DNA of 64,000 nucleotides, taken from Narcine bancroftii (lineage: Eukaryota). The position numbers were made by a program, and so were the translations under genes. The notes beneath the pieces are model-generated. The model worked only from the letters and a program-made list of their open reading frames with translations, was not told where the DNA came from and made no database searches. Positions within the stretch are counted from its first letter, which is position 1, and every line of letters starts with the position of its first letter. Positions 12,051 through 24,560 of the stretch are shown one piece after another. Location: the NCBI RefSeq assembly GCF_036971445.1, contig NC_091475.1:5084001-5148000 (forward strand). The letters are read 5' to 3'.

Positions 12051-12351
12051 TGTGTGACAGTACGCCATTAGGTGGGTGAACTGGCCCCACTTGTCATGCA
12101 CGCGGTGGGACAGCTGGCCAAAATGGCACCGTCAAGGGTTTCCTCCCAACCTCGGCACCGGGCTCAGAAGCCCGCGCTTGGTGACCCATGTGATGCCCCA
12201 GTGACGTAGGGGCCCCCCAGTGCGGTTCTCAGCTAGGTCCGGGCTGGGAGTATAAGACCAGCCAGGCACCCTGCAATAAATCAGTTTTGCTCACTGAACT
12301 CAACCCGTCTGGTTGTGCGATCCTTCAGTTAGCAGTGTAGCTGCCACTACA
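12051..12351 (+). repeat. Gypsy 3' LTR (about 300 bp)
   Basis: TGTGTGACAG...CTGCCACTACA termini, TATAA at 12251, AATAAA at 12275, preceded by the PPT. Confidence 0.85.
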
Positions 12352-12629
12352 CTACAAAATTTATACAAACTTAATTATCTCCCCTTGCTTGGGAAAATAG
12401 AGGAGGACTTACAAAGATGGAGAGATTTGCCTATTACTTTAATTGGAAGAGTTAATTGTTTGAAAATGAAAGTGATGCCAAGACTGCAATACTGCTTTCA
12501 ATCCATTAAGATACTTAAAGGTTATATAAAACAATTTCTTTGGAATAACGAAGTACCTTGAATCACTATGGAAAAACTGATGTGGGAATATAGGATGGGA
12601 GAATTAAGATTGCCATAGTAAAAAAAAAT

Positions 12630-12910
12630 TATGGTGACCCACTTACCAGCAAGCGAACCGGCTCCCAAATTACCAGACATGCCGTGGAAAACATGGGAAA
12701 TTGACCTTCATCCAACACAGGTTTTTATCTGGGCTGATGACATCACTGATTATGTCACTTCCTGTTCATGTGACAGAAACAGTGCTGTATATAAGCCCAG
12801 CATGCAAGCCTGGAGGTGTCAGTCTTGCACTAGACTCCACAGTGTATACATCAATTTGATACTGTGTACACTGATGTCTATAGTAGCTCAGTATAGAATA
12901 CTTCACCACA
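12630..12910 (+). mobile_element. Solo LTR inserted into the L1 ORF2 remnant
   Basis: Termini T(A)TGGTGA...TCACCACA are inverted repeats; TATATAAG at about 12788; the L1 frame (LP..KK|YYLASQARFL) rejoins when the segment is removed; flanks aaat/atat. Confidence 0.7.
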
Positions 12911-13329
12911 ATATATTATTTAGCATCCCAGGCAAGGTTCCTCTCCTTTTTTGAAGAAGGGAATTCTCCATCATGAATCTAAATTAACCGACATACTATG
13001 AGAGAAAGGACAGTGAAGGATTTCATTAATGTCAAATTAATAACAAATAAGATTAATGAGAGCATTGGAAAAAAAGTGGGGATATCATCTAAAGCACCAC
13101 TGTGCCAGAACAAACTATTGCCCATGAACTTGGGCAATAAAATTTTTAATATTTGGCATGAGTAAGGTATTTAACATATTGAAGAAGGGCTACTTATGTC
13201 TTTTGAACAATTAAAACAGAAAAATAATCTGTCAAATGGAACCTTCTACTGCTTTCTTCAGTTGAAGTCCTTTGTGTGAGAGAGATGGGGTCCCACAATG
13301 GCCTTACCTTCAAGTATCAAAGTGGAGGG

Positions 13330-13558
13330 TTGACTCAGTGGAATTTCTTGTTTATTTTTATTGAATGACAACATTGTTTGACTGGTTTAATGTATCCTAG
13401 ATTTTATACTTTAAATGGACGGGAGGGGGGAGGTAGAGAGGGTGGGATGGGAGAAGGGAGGGGGGGGGGAGAAAATGGCACTGTATATATTTGAAAAGGA
13501 AAAAGTATGTGTCATGGTTAATGTGGTTTATGGTGTGAAAAATAAAAAATTTAAAAAA
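13330..13558 (+). mobile_element. Severely 5'-truncated L1 (3'UTR + polyA only)
   Basis: Similar to the 3'UTR at 4700-4950. 18-bp TSD aagtatcaaagtggaggg (13312-13329) / aagtaacaaagtggaggg (13559-13576). Confidence 0.9.
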
Positions 13559-14433
13559 AAGTAACAAAGTGGAGGGGATGCTTTGATTGGGAAGTGCACC
13601 TAAATTCATAACCAGGATGTATTCTGCTATCCAAGGCAGAAATGTTAAGACAGGCCTTCAAAGGTCGAAGGAGAGGTGGGAGTCAGAGGAATGCTGGACT
13701 GACTGGTGTTTGGACAGTATAACTTCAATGATTAATGCGAGATATGGATTGGTTCAATATAATTTTTTACATCACTTATATCTCACATCATAAAAATTAC
13801 ATAAATCAAAATCTGAAATATCTGAAATGTGCTTTAGATGAGGCATCAAAGTTGGAACCTTTATACATTCCACATGGTCATTCTGGCATGATATTGCTGA
13901 AACACTAAAAAGAGTAACAGGAGTGACCTTCACATATGACCCGGAACTCTGCTTTCAGGGCAGTCTTATGGACGTGAGCAGCAAATTGTCTAAACTTCAA
14001 ATCTATTTTGTTAAGGTAGCCCTGGCTGTGGCCAAGATGCAATCACTTGGCAGTCCGACTCTCCCCTACTTATTGCTCGATGGGCCAGGGAGATGCATAG
14101 TTGTATACCCATGGAGGAAATCACTTATAACTTTAAATATAAATATGACACTTTCATTAAGATATGGTAACCATCCTTAGATTATGTAGGAGTCCAATTG
14201 TAAATCTGACCCTTCAAGGTATGTAAAGACGTGATAATCCCCCCCAAAAAAAATTATGAAAGAAATTATAGCTTTAATGGTATGAAAGTTATATTCTTAT
14301 ATTGGGGTGGGGGAGGGAAAAAGGAGGGAAATTTTTCTGTAAATATTTAATATATATTTGAAGTATTTAAGTGTTTGCAAAGTGTATGAATGTATTTATG
14401 AAAAAAATTGAAAAATAAAGTATTTTTTAAAAA

Positions 14434-15414
14434 GTTGCTGAACTAATTGTGGAATATCTGTTTTAGTCTTGCTGCAACACCATTAACTCTGCCCAACATT
14501 ACTGATGCACCATCAGACGTAAACATCACCATTTTATGGAGGTCATTTCTTCTCTTCATAAAACCACTTGATCTCTGAAACCATAGAAGAAGCATTGCAT
14601 GCCTGCATTAGAACTATTCCGCCAAAAACGTTTTATCCATGGCACAATCTTTATGTCTGAATATGAAGTACAGAATGAGATATTTGTTGTGGTTTCATCA
14701 ACTGTTAACGTGTGAAAATCAGCTGATTCTATTTCTTCAAACATGTCTTTCTCAACCAGATAGTTGATACCCTCCAGAAATTTAAACGCATCATTTTTGT
14801 CTGGGAGTTGAACATACTGTTCCATATGTTCATTAATGTGTTGAACTGAATGTAAATAGTTACTTATTTTAACAGCAAACAACATACTGTTGATAAGAAC
14901 TTTGATCTCCACTAGGTTTGATCGTTTTTGCTCTTGCTCTCACGCAACGTGTAACTCTCCTGTAGCAGGTACTGACGGGTTTTGTTGCCTGAGCTTTTGT
15001 ACACCGTCCAAATGCGATTTGCCTGCCAAATGATGCTTCAAAAATACGATTTGTTTGCCAAATGACACTTCAAAAATATTATCCCACTTCTTTCCACTAG
15101 AAAATTCTCCAGCAACTTTCCCATCACGATAATACAAAGAGCTAACTCCTGTTTCCGAATCAGACATAAATATTTCTCACAGCTGAATGATCATGACCTC
15201 ACAGACCGGAACAGGAAAGGTGAGGTGGCATAAATTAGTGATGTGCAAATGTGGTATTTGTAAAATCAACTAACTAGTTAACAGAAACAGTTAGCTCAGA
15301 GATTATTTTCAATAAATATAATTATTAATTACCTTATTTTTGTGCGCACATTAATTTCCTTTGTGAGCTGGTTGCAAAACGTGTGCACACGCACACAGCT
15401 GAGAAGGAACAGTG
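14434..15414 (-). mobile_element. hAT transposon 5' half with transposase remnant (ZNF862/ZMYM1-like hAT group)
   Basis: Minus-strand FHTLTVDETT (first catalytic D) and MFTSDGASVMLGRVNGVAARLK (second D). Terminus CACTGTTCCTTCTCAGCTGTGTGCGTGTGCA at 15414. Truncated by the L1 tail at 14433. Confidence 0.85.
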
Positions 15415-15479
15415 GTTCCATGGAATTTCCAGCAATAAACAATAAAGTTCCAAGCCAGGATGTGTATTGGAAACAAGGT

Positions 15480-15590
15480 TCCACCTTGCTGAAGGGCTCA
15501 AGCCCCAAACGTTGGTGATGTTTCTCAATCTTAGCAATATATAAAGTTCACTGTTTAACCGGCTGAGTTTCTCCAGCATTGTGTTTTTAG
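15480..15590 (+). mobile_element. Penelope-like element pLTR fragment with degenerate hammerhead core
   Basis: TGCTGAAGGGCTCAAGCCCCAAACG...GCTGAGTTTCTCCAGCATTGTG; related copies at 40625, 41380, 48090, 48660 and 59740. Confidence 0.7.
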
Positions 15591-16009
15591 TGCAGCTGGT
15601 GTGAAGTCATGTCATTTGTCCTTTCCGGTTCTGGGGTTTGTTAGATTATCATGTGGTATTGAAGATGGATTCGTGAGTTTGAGCATAACAGATTGAGTGT
15701 CGCAGGAGAACTGCATTTACCCAAACAAGTCAATAATATTCCTGACTTGCGTCTTGTAGATGATGGATGCCCATTGAGAGATCAGGAGTTGAGTTACTTA
15801 CCACATATTTTTCCAGCCTTCACTAGTCAGTCTAAATTCATCACCATCTTAGTTCAATTTCTGATCAGCAATGGTCTCAAAAAGATAAAATGATCGGAGA
15901 ATTCAGCAGTGAGATGGATAATGGTATGAAATATTTCTGGTTCGTTAATACGATTTTTGTTTCAGGTACAAGAGGTCCAGGATTCAAATCGTGGACAAAC
16001 CCAATTTTA

Positions 16010-16228
16010 GGGTGGCGCGGTTAGCTTAGCAGTTAGCGCAACACTGTTACAGGACCAGAGACCGAGGTTTGAATCCAGCGCCGTCTAAGGAATTTGTACA
16101 TTCTCCCCATGTTTGCATGGGTTTCCTCTGGGTGCTTTGGTTACCTCCCACTGTTCAGAAATGTACCAGGGTTGTATGGGTATAATTGGGCGGCATGGGT
16201 TCATGCTGTATGTCTAAATTAAAATTAG
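16010..16228 (+). mobile_element. tRNA-derived V-SINE (HE1-like)
   Basis: A-box (gcggttagcttagcag), B-box (ggtttgaatcc), V-domain tgggtttcctctgggtgctttggttacctcccac. Confidence 0.88.
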
Positions 16229-16282
16229 ATGTATCCAATATCATTGGATTTTGTCTTAGAATTTCATTTAAATGAGATACAA

Positions 16283-16520
16283 GAATATAAGAAATAGAAT
16301 CAGTACTGCCCAGTCCAACTACCAATGGCCTGTACTTCTCTTCAGTATATTTTACCTCAGCAACATATTTCTATACAAAACCTTTATCCTTTAAAATTCA
16401 ATTGATTTGGAAGGAGAATTCCAAAGATTTACTATTCTATGGATGAAGGATCTTCTCATATCTGCCCTAATGCTGACTCCTTGTTATGAGATGTGATCCC
16501 TGGTTCTCGGCACCAGCAAA
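16283..16520 (-). mobile_element. Old CR1 3' fragment
   Basis: 'ggagaattccaaagatttactattctatggatgaagga' resembles the CR1 RT C-terminus on the minus strand. Confidence 0.55.
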
Positions 16521-17081
16521 TAGGTGATTATTACCTGCTACTGTACTGATTTTGGAATGTATTGTTCCAAGTGGAAGGGATTACTTCATCTCTAAGGGCT
16601 AATGTATCTGTTCAGACTTATTACCAATTCACAACCATTCATTATCATTTTGTCCCTGACCAGTCAAACGTGAATTCACAAAATGTTCTCCTTTTATGAT
16701 CTTCTTCCTATTGTTCTTCCTCCACTGGTATCATCACCTCTGGTCGCACTCTGCTGTCAGCAGCTGAGGTTTCCTAATTGCCAGGCTATGGATGATGTAG
16801 CAGGCAACTGCATGTTGTTATATGCTCTGCTCTTTAAAACATCTCCAGAATAGTCCAGGTATTACTTTAAAAAAACTAATTATCAATTCAATTGACCTGC
16901 AAGTGATGGCATGTCTTGCATAAATATGATATCTTCTTCTGGATGACTTCATAAGACGATTATCTATTGACATGGTTACAAAAACGCTTCACACTGAGGA
17001 CTAATGACCTTTTTTGGTTTCAGTGCAGTTCAAGGTAGGAACATCCGTGCATCATTTCTGAAGCCTGCCATATTAATTTTA

Positions 17082-17302
17082 ATTTTAGATGGTCATAGGA
17101 CCATCCGGCCCACTAGCCTGCGCCACCCAAATACACCCATGTGACCAATTAGCCTACTAATCCCATATGTCTTTAGAATGTGGGAGGTAAGCAGAGAACA
17201 TAGAAGAAACCCATGCAGAGACAGAGAGAACATAAAAACTCTTCACAGACAGCACTAGATTCGAACTCCGGTCACTCGTGCTGTAATGGTGCTGCGCTAA
17301 CT
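17082..17302 (-). mobile_element. V-SINE
   Basis: Reverse complement of the 16010 family (gtgggagg...gaagaaacccatgcag...acagacagcactagattcgaac). Confidence 0.85.
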
Positions 17303-17564
17303 AAAAAAAAAATGCCATCACTGTCGGAACTGCAATAATGGCAGTACTGATGTGGACCCAGGGAAAGTGGGGATCGGGGACACAGCGGTTCTTCGCAGGG
17401 TTCTACCGCCCAGTCCAACTATCAATGTTAAAGGAGCCAGCAGTGGTTTATTTTAAAATCCTGTGACCGCAGAGTCTGGGCCCAAGAAAGGCAGTGGACG
17501 TGAGGGGTTATAAACTCCAAGGGAACAGTGAACTGTTGCATGGCACCAGAAAATGTGGAGATCA

Positions 17565-17686
17565 CCTCCTAGTCAGACCAGGTCATTCTGGACTGGTCGA
17601 CCTACTTGTGATATCCTCCAGTCTTTTAGTTAATAAAAGCCTTGGTTTGGATCAACAAGTCTTTGGTTCTTTCAACCCGCATCACA
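17565..17686 (+). mobile_element. Probable LTR 3' end fragment
   Basis: AATAAA at about 17631 followed by a U5-like stretch ending TCACA. Confidence 0.4.
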
Positions 17687-19245
17687 AGATAGAAGCAGGA
17701 ATGTTGTTGTTTCCATTGTTAGGTGAGACAAAAGCTTTTAGGGAGTAGATTTAAGACAGATGAGGAGAACTGCTTCTCACTGAGAGTGATAAATCAAGTC
17801 AAGTTTATTGTCATCTGATTGACGCAGACACACAACCAGACATAACTCACATACAGACAAACATTACATATGCAGGACAAGTATTTCATCTTAACAAATA
17901 AATGAAGTACAGTCATAGTTGCACCTTCCTGACAAGTGAGGAGATGTTGAGTCCCCATGATAGGTCACTAGTTAAGTGAACTCCAAGGAATTTGGTGCTC
18001 TCCACTCTTTCTACTACAGAGCTGTTGATGTGTAGTGGAGGGTCCTTGTTCCTTGTCCTCCTGAAGTCCATGATCATCTCCTCATCTTGTTCACATTAAT
18101 ACTCAGGTTTGTTACTCTTGCACCATTTCACGAGATTTTACACCTCTTCTCTGCAGTGCGACACATTGTTGTTGCTGATGAAGCCGACTACTGTTGTGGG
18201 CATACTTGATGACATTGTTGGATCTGGATCTGGTGATGCAGTCGTGGGTCAGTAGTGTGAACAGGAGTGCCAGTTCTCATCGTGACGGTGCTTGACATTC
18301 TGCTACCTACCTGGACAGACTGTGGTCTTTTCATTATGAAGTCCAGGATCCAGTAACAGAGAGGCATGTGGAGTCCCAATGAGGACAACTTCTCCACTAG
18401 CCTCTAGGGAATGAACATGTTAAACACTGAGCTGAAGTCAATGAACACTAGCCTGGTATATGAGGCATTGTTCTCCATGAGGGTTAGGATGAAGTGAAGT
18501 GACAAGGCTTTGGCATTGTCTGTGGAACGGTTTATTCCATAGGGAAACTGAAATGGGTCCATCGTCTCTGGGCAGTGTGCTTTGATGCATTCCATCACCA
18601 ACGCTCGAAGCATTTCATAATGGTAGAGGTCAGTATCACAGGGCAATAATCATCGAAGCCTGTTATTGTCGTCCTTTTTGGTACCAGGATGATGGTGTCT
18701 GTCTTGAACACTGTGGGAACAATGGACTCCTGCAGTGAGGTTTTGAAGACGTCAGTGAAGATCTCTGTCACTTGGTCTGTGCAGTCCTCCAGTACTCGAC
18801 CAGGTCTATTGTCTGGTTCCGTCACCTTGTGTGGGTTCACCTTGTATAGGGTTCTCCTCACCTCAGCCATGGCTATGCAGGGGGCCTGTTCATCAGGGAG
18901 ATGTGGACATCATCCTGTTCTTCTCATCAAACCGTGCATAGAAGGTGTTCAGTCTATCTGGAAGGGAGGCGTCATTATCCTTAACTCACAAGGTTGACTT
19001 GTGATCCATTATAGTCTTGATCCCTTCCCACATGTGCCTCGCACAGAAAATCTGCAGAATTCTTCCCCAAGGAAGCAGTAGTGGCTGCCTCATTAAACAT
19101 ATTTAAGACAGATTTTTGCATCGTAGGGAAATTAAGGGTTATGGGGAAAATGCAAGTCTCTGGAATTGTTAATGGTCAGATCAGTCATGAAGTCATGATC
19201 TGTGGAAAGGCAGAGTGTTCTTGACAGTCCTATTTCTTATGCTCT
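17687..19245 (+). mobile_element. CR1 3' fragment split in two (17687-17793 and 19046-19245) by a Rex/Babar insertion
   Basis: 'gatgaggagaactgcttctcactgagagtgataaatc' continues as 'tgcagaattcttccccaaggaagcagtagtggc'. Confidence 0.75.
17794..19045 (-). mobile_element. Rex1/Babar LINE RT fragment with internal deletion and (CTTGA)n-type tail
   Basis: EVRRTLYKVNPHK...DYCPVILTSTIMKCFER; MDPFQFPY..NRSTD; RLVFIDFSSVFN; WILDF; tail aagtcaagtttattg at 17795. Confidence 0.9.
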
Positions 19246-21124
19246 TGTATATCCTCAGAACATTGGGAAACTGGAAGCAGAGGTTCCTGCAGTGGGAGCT
19301 ACTCAGCTCACTGATTGGAAAAATACATGAAAAGGAGGGAATTTTAGGAAGATTTTAAGAGAAGCAAGATGGACTCAGGTGCAGAGGAGATGCAAACCAT
19401 TCCTTAAATGATTTATTTCAATATGACACTCCCCTCCAGCTGACAGGAAAGGAAATCACAATGGCTCAGGCCACAATTAAAATTGCAGACTGGTCCAGGT
19501 AATGTCATCAAATCAAAATGTGTAATATTTAAACCTTATAATTTGTTAAATTAGTATATGAGTGTATATTTTAAGGTAAAGCAAGGAAATTATACTTAAT
19601 GTTTGTAAATTTAAGCCAAAACAAAATTAACATTCAGCATGAAGCATTTCATATAGAATAATCTATTGAAGTCATGAATTATGTTCACATATGAAAAATT
19701 GCATTTGGACAATGACTTTCAGGGATGTTCAAAAATCAACACCAGCATGACATGCATAATTCAGTAATTTCAGCACAGGGAGGAGAAAATCAGAAGTATA
19801 TTTAAAAGAAAAGCTGAATCACTCTAATAACATTGGACAACCAGATGAATGTAGATGCTTTTGAAGTAGTTTTTAAATGTCATAAAATTGGTTACAGATG
19901 TAATGGTACATTAGAACCTTTAAAACCAGCTGATCACCTTTCAAGGGAGTTAATCAAAAGATGATATTCCAGGTGGAGCCATGTAAAATGTTCAGCGTAT
20001 CTGCTCCAAGAATACGAAGAAATTATTCTATCCTTCAACAAATCATTAAATTATTTGAAAATGAGCTACCGACTGTATTCCAAAGCCATTAGAATATGAA
20101 AATGAGGTGCTTAAGAATACACCAGTAGTCTTTTCTCTGGAATAAACAAAACTGCTCTAATGTGCAAGTTAATCAGTCAATTCCATTTGTGGTGCATTTG
20201 ATTTATGGGGGAATATACACTTTTGAACCAGTTCCTTTTGGATACATATGTTTTGATCCAAGCAATTTAATTACATGTTCCTACTTTAAATTACAGCCTT
20301 GAAAAGAGGGCTGAACTATTTGATTGTGCCCCATTAATGTAAGATAGTGATAGAACAAAATTCAATTCATTGGCATAATGATGTTTTGTATTTCTGCAAT
20401 GTGCGTATTGGATAGGGTTGATTTTGAAACAAATTATGCATAAGCCTTCATTTGTGTGAACATGATCTAATTTTATTGCTCAAACATGCAAGACAAGCTT
20501 CTTTGATGACTTAATAGTAAATGCAACGTCGAATGTCACCAAGATAGGATGTCAGACTATCTCACAGGATTGATTAGAGCTCTATAAGATAAGCTTTTTT
20601 AAAAAATTAAGTGAAGAGCAGTAACCAAGCTGCATTTGTGGCTATAATTGATCACTATTAGGTGAAAAAATCATTTGTGTTCTTGTGCCAAAACTGATTC
20701 CTGTCAGAAATCACAAAAATGGAGATTTCCCAGAGGGCTGAAGAAGGAGAAAGTAGAAAAATTGCAACACGGAGCAAATATGTGCTTAGTACTGATCAAA
20801 TTATAACTCATGGAGATCCCTGAATTTCTATGATTCTAATCTTGTAATCATTACTCTCTTTTACAGCTTCCTATACACAGTTTTGGAATATTTCCCTACC
20901 TCTCTACTATTTGTCCTTTTAGTTAAGTCTTAAAATGCATCCCTTTAAGTGAACTTACCACAACATTATTCATATCTCCTTATGATAAAGGATCTATGGA
21001 GCTGTTTAATATTAGTTTCATGTTAAAACAATATTAATGCAAATTATTGTTATTGTTAATACATCAGGGAAAATGATTGACTCTGTTTGATGGAATAATA
21101 AAAGGATGAAACTGTAGATAACAA

Positions 21125-21830
21125 TAACCTAGACAGTATGTTACCTATGTTGCCTGATGTCAGGACTCCACTATCTCTTGCAGGTTCCAATATCTCCCTT
21201 GTATCTGCTCTGGTGGCTAATCTTCCCAGTGCCTCTAAGATATTTTTTCCTGAACTGTGGCTCCCCTACCTGTGCAGAGGAGAATCTCATCATGTTCTTA
21301 TTCCCATCCATCCAGAGCAAGAACAGAATTGCTCTAATACTTATCATTCATCTACTAGTCTCCACGTTTGATAGTTTGATTCTTTTCAGTTTTAACCACC
21401 TATAATAAAATTTCAGCATCCACTGCATCTTCCCCTCTTCCCTTTCAGCTCTCCATTCCTTGATTTCAATCTACACCAATCACTCCTCGGCTCACATCAC
21501 TTTCCATGCAACTGTCGGAAATACCATGCCTATTCTTTTTCTTTATCCCTTGCTACCAACTTTTTGAGGGTCCTAAACCGTCTTGTGACTCCCTCCAGTC
21601 TAGTGCACAGTGCCCGTGGTAAGTCTCCTGTATAGAGGAAATCCAAATGTAGATTTGCAGAATTCAGTCCCCAGGGAGTGGCCTTGATCCTTCCCTTTGC
21701 CTCTCGTTCTGACTGTAACCTCCTGTGCTATTACAAGGTCCAGAGTAAGCCTGAAGAACAGCATTTCATATTCCTCGATATATTTCACCTTTCAGTACTA
21801 CATAATAAACTTGAAAATTTCACTTGAATC
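21125..21830 (+). mobile_element. Old Penelope-like element, RT-linker/GIY-YIG remnant
   Basis: Degenerate motifs (actttccatgcaactg, gggtcctaaac, ctcctgtatagaggaaatccaaatgtagatttg) homologous to 40756-41455 and 55620-57290. Confidence 0.65.
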
Positions 21831-21889
21831 ATTTTCTCTGTTGCATTACAATCCTTGTTGTCAGCGGTCCTGACCATATTTTGTTTTTG

Positions 21890-23140
21890 AATTGTTCATT
21901 AATGTCCCGTATACTGAGATACAATAAAAGATTGTGTTTTTGCGTTCTAGCCAGGTAAGTTCATTCATTCATGTCCAACAGGCAGTACAAAATAAAAGTG
22001 CAGAATATAGTGTTACAGAGATTGGGAAAGTACAGTTGAAGTGGTGCAAGGTCCACAGTGAATACTTTATCACATACCAAAATGCAGTCAAAAACTTTGC
22101 TTTACGAGCTGTCCAGACAAGCATCCTATCCAGAGTACAGTAAGTAGAGCAAGAATAAAAACAAGAGTGCTAGGGTTTGTGTTACAATAAGACAAAATGC
22201 AGTGTCATGCAAAACAAAAAAATGCAAGTTATGGTAAAGAGAAAAGTACAGTTACTGTAAAGCGGGCGAGGCATTATCTTTTACTCACAGAAAGTTCTTT
22301 CAAGAGTCTGATAGCAAAAGAAAAGAAACTATGTTTGAATCTAGAGCACTGGTTCTCAACCTTTTTCTTTCCACTCACATACCACTTTAAATAATCCCTA
22401 TGCCATCAGTGCTTTGTGATTGGTAAGGGATGGCTTAAGGTGGGATGTGAGTGGGAAGGGAAGGTTGAGAATCACTGCTCTAGACCCAATTGTTATTGAA
22501 ATATTTTGCTTGAGAAAAATTGTCATTGGCCCATTTCCTTTGGAGTTATGAAACCATGCACATAACGAGTCAATGAGGTACGATTAAAACAGTGGTTTTC
22601 AAACTTTTTCTTCCCACCAACATCCCACCTTAAGCAATCCCTTACTAATCACAGAGCACCTATGGCATAGGGATTATTTAAAGTGGTATGTGAGTGGAAA
22701 GAAAAAGGTTGAGAACCACAGATCTAAAGGTCCACATGTTCATAATCATGTTTCTTCTGCATGATTGGAGGGGGAAGCAGAAGAGAGGATAGCCAGGGTG
22801 AGGTAGCTTTGTGGAAACAAGAGATCATCTTTTATGGATTTTTTAAGAGCAGGAAAAAAGTTCTCCTTGAATTTGACAGTTTGTGTTTTCACAGTAGTGT
22901 ATGTTTTGGCCAGCAGGAGGAGAGTGACCAGGATGGGATGGATCCTTTATTATGTTGGATGCATTTCTGAGACAGCTGGTCCTAGTCAATTGACCTAGTC
23001 AATGGTGGCGATGCTAGTTTGCACGATATCCTGAGTTGCATTCACCACTCTTTAATTTCTTGCAGTCTTGGTAAAGCAGTTCCCATACCAAGCTGTGATG
23101 CACCTGGACAGGATGATTTCTACTGGGCATCTGAAACATT
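21890..23140 (-). mobile_element. Old Rex/Babar 3' fragments interrupted by a MITE
   Basis: 'ttcaagagtctgatagcaaaagaaaagaaactatgtttgaatct' and 'cccataccaagctgtgatgcacctggacaggatg' match Rex ends elsewhere in the window. Confidence 0.6.
22347..22721. mobile_element. hAT composite MITE, copy 2 (opposite orientation to copy 1)
   Basis: TIRs as in copy 1; 8-bp TSD atctagag / atctaaag. Confidence 0.92.
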
Positions 23141-23479
23141 CCAGATTTGCCTATTTTTTACCCTCTTCAATATATTTCAGTGGAGAGTGTGCTCATTAAA
23201 GGGCACAATTATGCAATCATGCAGCAGAAATTAATGACTTGCCTGACCTTGGCTGGATTGTAATGTAACACTTCAATCACAATTCAACCACAAGATTGTT
23301 GCTTACCACCTGAATTATCCAATTATTTAATACAATTTGTTAAAAAATGATGTTTTTGGGATATCCTAAATAAGATCCCAGATGTGAATTGAAGTAGTTA
23401 TTCTGGGCTGAGTTAGTGTTGCAGATTCATTTCAGCAATCTTTTGCTGCAGAGGGGAAAATCAGCTAACTGACTTTTTT

Positions 23480-23640
23480 TTAATACAGACATACAGCACG
23501 GTAACAGGCCTTTCGGCTCATGAGCCTGCGTCACCCATTTACACCCAATTGACCCACAACCCCAGTACATTTTGAAGGATGAGAGGTAACCGGAGCACCT
23601 GGAGAAAATCTACGCAAACACAGGGAGAAGGTACAACTTT
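23480..23640 (-). mobile_element. V-SINE, 5'-truncated
   Basis: gaggtaaccggagcacctggagaaaatctacgcaaacacagggagaa is the reverse V-domain. Confidence 0.8.
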
Positions 23641-23997
23641 GATGCAAGAGAACAGCAAGTTCAATGGCTTTGATGTAATTTATGCAGATGCTGTCTTGCA
23701 AATTATTGCAAGATACCCTGTTATTGGCAAAGGGATACAATTTTCCAGAAATTTGCACCAGTCTCATCTCAGCCTCCAAAAGCATCTGCTCGTCCTCATC
23801 TAAATGAGGAGCTTCACAAAGATGCTAAAATTTGCATTGATTTTTCATTAAATTTGGAGCAGAAAGTTCAATATGTTATTGCGACACCAAAAAAATCATT
23901 TTCACATTCCTGCAATCCCATTTAAATCGTCTGACCCAGTAGAAGACAATTTAAACTATAGAACTTTGTTCATGTAGATAGTAAGTTGTCAACTCAT

Positions 23998-24560
23998 TTC
24001 TTTTTGAAAAAATAATTTTATTTATAGATTTTTTCCACATTGAATATACATACATTCTTAAACTTAAAATTGATTAATTACATTGATCAATATACAATGT
24101 GGTTATAAAAGGAAAAGAAAAAGAAATAAATAATACCATCTCCCCCCACCCCACAAGAGAACTAAAAAGAAAGAAACAAAATAAAATAAATTAAAAGTGG
24201 GATGTGAGTGGGAAGGGAAGGTTGAGAATCATTGCCCTAGAACCAATTGTTACTGAAGTATTTCACTTGAGAAAAATTGTCATTGGCCCCTTTCCTTTGC
24301 AGTTCTGATACCGTGCACATAATAAGTCAATTGGGGACGATTAAAACTTTTTCTTTCCACCCACATACCACCTTAAGTAATAATCCCTTACTAATCACAG
24401 AACACCGATGGCATAGGAAATACTTAAAGTAGTATGTGAATGGAAAGAAAAAGGTTGAGAACCACTGTTCTAAACGATTCCCAATACCTATCCAAAATGG
24501 TTTAGCTTTTGGACATTCCCAGGTGGAGTGCAAAAAATGTTCCAATTTCTTGACCACAAC
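23998..24560 (-). mobile_element. L1 3' end fragment with an embedded partial hAT MITE (24195-24467)
   Basis: Minus strand FLHSTWECPKAKPFW (L1 C-terminal Cys motif), C-rich tract at 24140-24153, T-tail at about 24000. The MITE keeps only one TIR. Confidence 0.8.

Larger units (their letters stand above)
9176..12351 (+). mobile_element. Ty3/Gypsy LTR retrotransposon, 5'-deleted (pol + PPT + 3' LTR)
   Basis: Domain order PR-RT-RH-IN; G-rich polypurine tract at about 12031-12050 directly before the LTR. Confidence 0.95.
12352..14433 (+). mobile_element. Older L1-clade LINE, ORF2 3' third + 3'UTR, host to nested insertions
   Basis: LYKLNYLPLLGKIEEDLQRWRDLPITLIGRVNCLKM is homologous to 3234-3509; LVQYNFLHHLY; G-rich tract at 14303-14330; AATAAA/A-tail at 14400-14433. 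Confidence 0.88.

Noticed and set aside
9176-12351. Endogenous retrovirus with env
   Set aside because: Integrase runs directly into the PPT and LTR with no room for env; motifs are Gypsy-type.
14434-15167. Host ZNF862/ZMYM1-like gene
   Set aside because: Fragmented frames, a hAT terminus 250 bp upstream and truncation by an L1.
16010-16085. tRNA gene (A/B boxes; also at 47768 and 17302)
   Set aside because: No cloverleaf; followed by the V-domain and tail of a SINE.
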